Source: a virus
Taxonomy: Duplodnaviria; Caudoviricetes
Strand: one strand, 5' to 3'
Virus record (IMG/VR): IMGVR_UViG_3300037783_000043
Coordinates: 1 to 45,936 of that record
DNA: 45,936 bases
Numbering within the stretch: the first letter of the stretch is position 1; every line of letters begins with the position of its first letter. This document shows, one piece after another, positions 41,081 through 45,936 of the stretch. The position numbers and the translations under genes were made by a program. The notes beneath the pieces were generated by a model. The model was given only the letters and a program-made list of their open reading frames with translations, ran no database searches and was not told the origin of the DNA.

Positions 41081-44000
41081 ATGAGAAAATACCTGATCGC
41101 CATTGCGCTCATTGCTGTCGCCGCAGGAGTGTGGCTGAACGGCCAAAAACTTCAGAAACTGGTCGATGGCCAGGCTGCTCCGGTAACTGCTCAAGATCCC
41201 ACAAATGCTGAGCTTGAGCAGTTCGCACAGATTATCCTTGGCGATGGCCCTGCTGTTCCACAGCCAGCAGGCGACGACGGCGGGATCGCTCTTGAGTCGA
41301 CCCGGGAGGTCCTGACTATCGGGACCCCGAACGCCGGGCGTGGGGATACGCTGTATGATGCGGCCAACAAGATCCAGAACAACTTTTATGAGCTGTTCAA
41401 CAGCGTTTACACGAACGCGCCTCCGAGCCTGACTTACACGAACATGGTCGTCAGCGACGGGACCGACTCCGCCACCGCCGCCGAGATCATCGACTCCACT
41501 GATGAAGCTCCGCTTCTCCGGACTCTCTCCGGGACGTCAATAGGCGACACGAACCTGACGAGCTTCACCGGTGACATCATCTCCGATACTTCGACGATCG
41601 AGGGAGCCCTTCAGGAACTCGAGACTGACCTCGATGCAGTTCAGAGTTTGAGTGGCGTAGCGGATGCGGCCGTGAACCTCGGCACATTCACTGGCGACAT
41701 CATAGCTGACTCCTCGACGATCAAATCGGGGATGCAGCAACTCGAGACTGACGTCGATGCAATCCAGTCCCTTTCCGGTGTCGCTGACGCGGCCACAAAC
41801 CTCGGCACCTTTACCGGGAACATCGTGAGTGATGGGTCGGCGACAGTTAAGTCGGCAATTCAAGAACTCGAGACTGACCTCGACGCCGTTCAATCCCTTT
41901 CCGGGGTAGCAGATGCCGCAACGAACCTCGGGACTTTTACGGGTGGAATCATTGCGAGTTCCCGGAATATCAAAACGGCGCTTCAGGACCTCGAGACCGA
42001 TACGGACGCCCTTCAAACCCTGTCTGGAGTCGTCGACGCTGCAACCAACCTCGGGACTTTTACAGGAACGACGATCGCGGATTCCAGAAGTATAAAAGAT
42101 GCGTTTCAAGACTTGGAGACGTACGCAGAACTTGTAAAAGGTGAATCTATCGCGTCAAAGTATACGGCGTCCGGAGGATACAGTTTTGACGGCGTAGACG
42201 ATAGTCTATCAGTGGATCAAGGGTGGTTTAGTAACACTAATTTCACGTACGCAGTCGATTTTTTAACAAGTTCCGAAGATCGAGGGACCTTGATATGCTT
42301 TTATGAGTCGGCCGCATCTTCAACCAGTCAAACAATAGTGCGGGCTTTTGGAAATAATATCCTTTTCCTTGACAACAGTAACGGCACAACCATAAACGCC
42401 TTGTCTGGGTCGGCTCCGACAAACACACTTATTTCTTTGGTCATAACATATAATGGTGCTGAAGTGGATTTTTGGGTGAATGGAAAGCTAAATCGGACTG
42501 TAGCCTACGGTGGGGCCTCGGACGTAAAAGACACCGTTTCCATAGGAGTCCGTCCGACAGACATAGACTTTTTTACGGGAAAAATATTTTCAACACGTGT
42601 TTGGACTGGGGTGAAGTCAGACGCTGAGATCGCTGACATTTTTAATGGATATAATGACACGCAAAACCTGGAGCTTTTCTTGTCACCTGACAGTGCCGAC
42701 AGAAACCAGTGGTCTGACGTTTCAGGAAACTCAAGGAACTTTTATGCCGAGGGGGCAGCGCCTATAAATGCCCACTCGACGTTAGCTAATAATTTGTTTT
42801 TGGACAGCGGTCCATTTTATGTGCTTCTAATGGGGCAAAGCAACGCAGTAGGAAGAGGCACGAACGGAGGCGACAAAGACACATACAATGGCGTCAAAGT
42901 ATGGAACGAAACAGCAAATAAATGGGAGGTATGGGACTTAACAAGCAACCCGGCTCAGTATGGCGTCGGGGCGACAGTCGGAGCAAACAATCTTGGATTC
43001 CATTTCGCCAAAAAACTCCATGAATTTACTCATCGTGAAGTCAGGGTTTTGACTGTTGTCGAGGGCGGGAAACAGATAGCAAACTGGACAACACCGGGGT
43101 CACTAAAGTACGCAAATCTTGAAGAGCAAACTGCGGCAGCAAATATCAAGAGATTTGACGTATGCTTATGGCACCAAGGCGAATCGGATAACGGATCGGC
43201 TACTTACGAGGCAGATTTTGATACTGTCCTTTCAAATTTGCGCGCCGAAGACTGGTTTGATGAGAACACTGTTTTTATTGCCGGGCAGCTCGCCAGTGAG
43301 CCAGCTTCAGCGACCTACCCACACGGAAACAGAAACGACGATTTCTTTGATCCTTTTCTTTTTGGTAAAAAATACAATTCCCAGAATGTCTACCTTGCTT
43401 TATGTGAAAACTATCCGCTGACAGATCAAGTCCATTTTGATGGCAAGTCACTCGTTCGAATAGGAAGGGAGGCATACTGGAAGCAGTGGATGAAGCATCA
43501 CTTTGGTTTTGAGGATTGCATACAAGAGCAGTTTCAAAACGAAGTAGAGCTGACAGGCACTGAATACATCGAACTTCCAAACCTTGGGCTTACATTTAAC
43601 GAAGCTACAGTCTTTGTAACATTCACTCCAGGAGCAGGCACTAGTGCTGAAACAATTTTTGGATTCGATCAAGGATCTACAACCCCAACTTCAAAATTTG
43701 CCGTTGCATACAACGACAGACAAATAAATAGTCAAATTTTAAGCCCATCAGGAGCACTTAACGATTTCCCATCTATCGGAATAAACGAAAATCGACAATA
43801 CACTCTTGCACTTTCATTTAGGGACGGCAGCCAAAAATGGTGGGTCAATGGAGTTTTCGTCCACGAAAATGACGGTGCAATTGGTGATATATCTCCGACA
43901 TCTTACGAGATAGGGTCACAGAGAGACGGCACAGCAAGAATGACCGGTAAATTCCATGAATTCTACTTTTGGCCAACTTGCCTGTCAGATGATGAGGTTG

Positions 44001-44242
44001 AACGGTTTTTCCGTCATAGAAAAATAAATAGAGAGCCAACTGTGAGGCTTGAGAACTCATCCATAACAACTGAAGGGTGGATATGCACAAGCGGCAACAG
44101 CAACCACGCAACTTTCAGCGGGAGTCCAACTGTAGTCAACACTGAGCAACCGATCACAAAAATTGGCAACATCTGGCTTCGTGATAATTCAGGAACGCCG
44201 GAATACAGTGCGGATGGCGGCTCTACATGGTCGTCGTTGTGA
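41081..44242 (+). CDS. Fibre-like protein: signal/TM segment, gp9/gp10-like motif, 41-aa repeats, LamG, SGNH (sialate O-acetylesterase-type) hydrolase, LamG
   Basis: MRKYLIAIALIAVAAGVWL; IG...GDTL..A..KI..NF.EL; FDGVDD and WVNG LamG motifs; SGNH blocks GQSN, EGG, WHQGESD, DQVH. Confidence 0.85.
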   Translation: MRKYLIAIALIAVAAGVWLNGQKLQKLVDGQAAPVTAQDPTNAELEQFAQIILGDGPAVPQPAGDDGGIALESTREVLTIGTPNAGRGDTLYDAANKIQNNFYELFNSVYTNAPPSLTYTNMVVSDGTDSATAAEIIDSTDEAPLLRTLSGTSIGDTNLTSFTGDIISDTSTIEGALQELETDLDAVQSLSGVADAAVNLGTFTGDIIADSSTIKSGMQQLETDVDAIQSLSGVADAATNLGTFTGNIVSDGSATVKSAIQELETDLDAVQSLSGVADAATNLGTFTGGIIASSRNIKTALQDLETDTDALQTLSGVVDAATNLGTFTGTTIADSRSIKDAFQDLETYAELVKGESIASKYTASGGYSFDGVDDSLSVDQGWFSNTNFTYAVDFLTSSEDRGTLICFYESAASSTSQTIVRAFGNNILFLDNSNGTTINALSGSAPTNTLISLVITYNGAEVDFWVNGKLNRTVAYGGASDVKDTVSIGVRPTDIDFFTGKIFSTRVWTGVKSDAEIADIFNGYNDTQNLELFLSPDSADRNQWSDVSGNSRNFYAEGAAPINAHSTLANNLFLDSGPFYVLLMGQSNAVGRGTNGGDKDTYNGVKVWNETANKWEVWDLTSNPAQYGVGATVGANNLGFHFAKKLHEFTHREVRVLTVVEGGKQIANWTTPGSLKYANLEEQTAAANIKRFDVCLWHQGESDNGSATYEADFDTVLSNLRAEDWFDENTVFIAGQLASEPASATYPHGNRNDDFFDPFLFGKKYNSQNVYLALCENYPLTDQVHFDGKSLVRIGREAYWKQWMKHHFGFEDCIQEQFQNEVELTGTEYIELPNLGLTFNEATVFVTFTPGAGTSAETIFGFDQGSTTPTSKFAVAYNDRQINSQILSPSGALNDFPSIGINENRQYTLALSFRDGSQKWWVNGVFVHENDGAIGDISPTSYEIGSQRDGTARMTGKFHEFYFWPTCLSDDEVERFFRHRKINREPTVRLENSSITTEGWICTSGNSNHATFSGSPTVVNTEQPITKIGNIWLRDNSGTPEYSADGGSTWSSL
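41549..42120 (+). repeat. Coding tandem repeat, 123-nt (41-aa) unit
   Basis: Units start at 41549, 41672, 41795, 41921 and 42044 (last partial): TNLGTFTGxIxDSxxIKxALQxLETDxDAxQSLSGVADAA. Confidence 0.9.
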
Positions 44243-44260
44243 ATCCAGTTCGAATCATGA

Positions 44261-45190
44261 ATGAATAGAGTCCGGTCCATACTTCAACGGGCGATTGCCA
44301 AGCAGGAACGGCAGCTTGGCAACCCGTTCTTCCTTTTCAAAGGGCAGAAAATCCCATGCCTACCCGGCAAGGCGGTCTCTGAATTCGTCGACACATACGG
44401 CGGTCCGGACGACCGGGCGGAGTTTGAACTCGTGGTCCGGAAAAACCTGTTCCTGACTGTCGACAATATCGACATCACGATCGACTCGACCAATTTCACG
44501 GTCGATCGGTATGGCAATATCCTCCCAAATTATGACGCCCGCCGGAATACGATCGACGCGTGGGTTCAGGCCCGCCGGGCTTTGGTCCTCGATAACGACG
44601 CCCCGGCGATCATGACGATCGACAATAATTGCGTCGCGATCGACTACGACCAGCCGTGGCCGCTCGATACATTCCCGACAGTTGATTCGGTCTCCATAAC
44701 TATCGACAATGACGGGTCCGTTACGGTGGACGGGTATTCGCCGGGCGTATCCGGATCAACACAACCGCACTTCCCGGCCGTCCCGGGGAAGAACCCTGTG
44801 ACGATCGACGCGAGCGACATCACCATCGACCACGACGACGAGACCCTCACCGTCGACCGGCACGTTTCCGAGGTCGGATATTTTGATCCGATACTTCTCC
44901 CGGATTTCCGGAATCTTTACCTCGATCTGATTGACACGGACATCGAAGCAGACAAGTCCCGGCTCAACCTCGACACCACGGCGGCGTTCACTATGGGTGT
45001 CGACGATTTTGACAGACCATTCAGGGTGCCTGGAGTTTATCAGGAAGACCAGGGACTCAGCTGGGGGCGCCGGCCACAGCAGGGCGAGATCATTGAATAC
45101 ATGGGCCAGGCATACAGAGTCGCCAGCGATGTGGACCCGGGTGTGCATTCTGCGTTCTACCGAATCAGGCTTTCGTCAGCCTACCTGTAA
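44261..45190 (+). CDS. Putative head-closure (gpFII-like) protein with TxD-repeat insertion
   Basis: N-terminal ~65 aa and C-terminal PQQGEIIEYMGQAYRV...YRIRL resemble a small head-tail joining barrel; the middle consists of T(V/I)D repeats. Confidence 0.6.
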   Translation: MNRVRSILQRAIAKQERQLGNPFFLFKGQKIPCLPGKAVSEFVDTYGGPDDRAEFELVVRKNLFLTVDNIDITIDSTNFTVDRYGNILPNYDARRNTIDAWVQARRALVLDNDAPAIMTIDNNCVAIDYDQPWPLDTFPTVDSVSITIDNDGSVTVDGYSPGVSGSTQPHFPAVPGKNPVTIDASDITIDHDDETLTVDRHVSEVGYFDPILLPDFRNLYLDLIDTDIEADKSRLNLDTTAAFTMGVDDFDRPFRVPGVYQEDQGLSWGRRPQQGEIIEYMGQAYRVASDVDPGVHSAFYRIRLSSAYL

Positions 45191-45191
45191 C

Positions 45192-45890
45192 ATGGCAGAT
45201 GAAGTGAAGATCAGGGTCGACTCGCGGGAATTCAGGAAGGCAACTGAATATCTCGCCCGCGAGAACAACATCACCAAGACCCAGCAGATCAACCGCACAA
45301 TGTATTTCGCTGCCAGGAATACATGGAAAGTCACGCCGGCCGCGGACCCGCAGGAGATCCGTCAATACTTCGGCCAGACTGGTTCGAAGATCGGGCGAAG
45401 GACCAAGAGCGGTGAGTTCCGAGCATACCGCCAGAACAGCAGACTTACGTTCCGAAAGAACTCGATTGCTCAACTGATGGCCATCAAGCAAATCCGTGCC
45501 AAGGGCCAGAATATCACGCCGAGCCGAATTGAGGCGACTGCAAGCCGCATCGTCAACCGGGCGCTCCGGGGGATCAATTATTTCAAGGCAGGCTGGGCGA
45601 TGATCGGACGTCGAGCCGCCCGTGCCGCCGGTCCGGGGATCTTCGCTTCATTCGCCAAGATGCCATTCATACGGGCAAAAAACACATACTCAAGAGCAAC
45701 AGCCAGCAGAGACAGTGCAGAGCTCACATACGCCACCAGGGCGAGGCCAAAAGGCACCAAGGAAAAGCGCACATTCATTCTGCCGGAAATATATCAGAAA
45801 TTCCGAGTGCAATTCGCCAAGTCTGCGCAGTCCGAGATTGACCGGTGGCGCCGGAAGACCGGCCAGCAGATCCGGAAAGTGAACCGATGA
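45192..45890 (+). CDS. Basic neck/tail completion protein
   Basis: 232 aa, very R/K-rich, between head closure and tail terminator; assigned by position. Confidence 0.6.
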   Translation: MADEVKIRVDSREFRKATEYLARENNITKTQQINRTMYFAARNTWKVTPAADPQEIRQYFGQTGSKIGRRTKSGEFRAYRQNSRLTFRKNSIAQLMAIKQIRAKGQNITPSRIEATASRIVNRALRGINYFKAGWAMIGRRAARAAGPGIFASFAKMPFIRAKNTYSRATASRDSAELTYATRARPKGTKEKRTFILPEIYQKFRVQFAKSAQSEIDRWRRKTGQQIRKVNR

Positions 45891-45936
45891 ACCCGAACCA
45901 TTTATTGGAAAAAGGGGTCCGCGATGCATGCAGGGC
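45810..45936. repeat. Terminal direct repeat (copy 2)
   Basis: Identical to 1-127. Confidence 0.95.

Noticed and set aside
41549-42120. CRISPR array or DGR template/variable repeat
   Set aside because: Units are contiguous, in-frame and vary at synonymous sites; there are no spacers, no adenine-specific differences, and no reverse transcriptase or cas gene was seen in the genome.

Overview
The window is an apparently complete, circularly assembled temperate tailed-phage genome of 45,809 bp: bases 1-127 are repeated exactly at 45810-45936. On the + strand the order is tail terminator, three tandem paralogous tail-tube-like genes, chaperone, tape measure, tail-tip genes interrupted by an RHH/HNH insert, and a lysis-position cassette. 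These are followed by attP (3' end of a tRNA-Arg-like gene) with a tyrosine integrase on the - strand, a control region, and early recombination, methylation and replication genes. The genome ends with small accessory ORFs, a lambda-type terminase/gpW/portal/S49 block, capsid, cement, a fibre with LamG and SGNH domains, and neck genes. The integrase signature and scarce Shine-Dalgarno sites suggest a PVC (Verrucomicrobiota-like) host; this is inference only. Most notable observations: (1) the lysis cassette has a trypsin-fold serine protease where an endolysin should be, and no recognisable peptidoglycan hydrolase was found anywhere; (2) the tail tube gene is triplicated; (3) the control region appears built from ribbon-helix-helix proteins, with no CI/Cro HTH seen; (4) a membrane-anchored/signal-peptide fibre lies next to a head-closure protein carrying a large TxD-repeat insertion; (5) a C5-methyltransferase is split over two nested reading frames; (6) there is a candidate ~185-nt structured RNA. 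All family assignments come from motifs read by eye; no searches were run.
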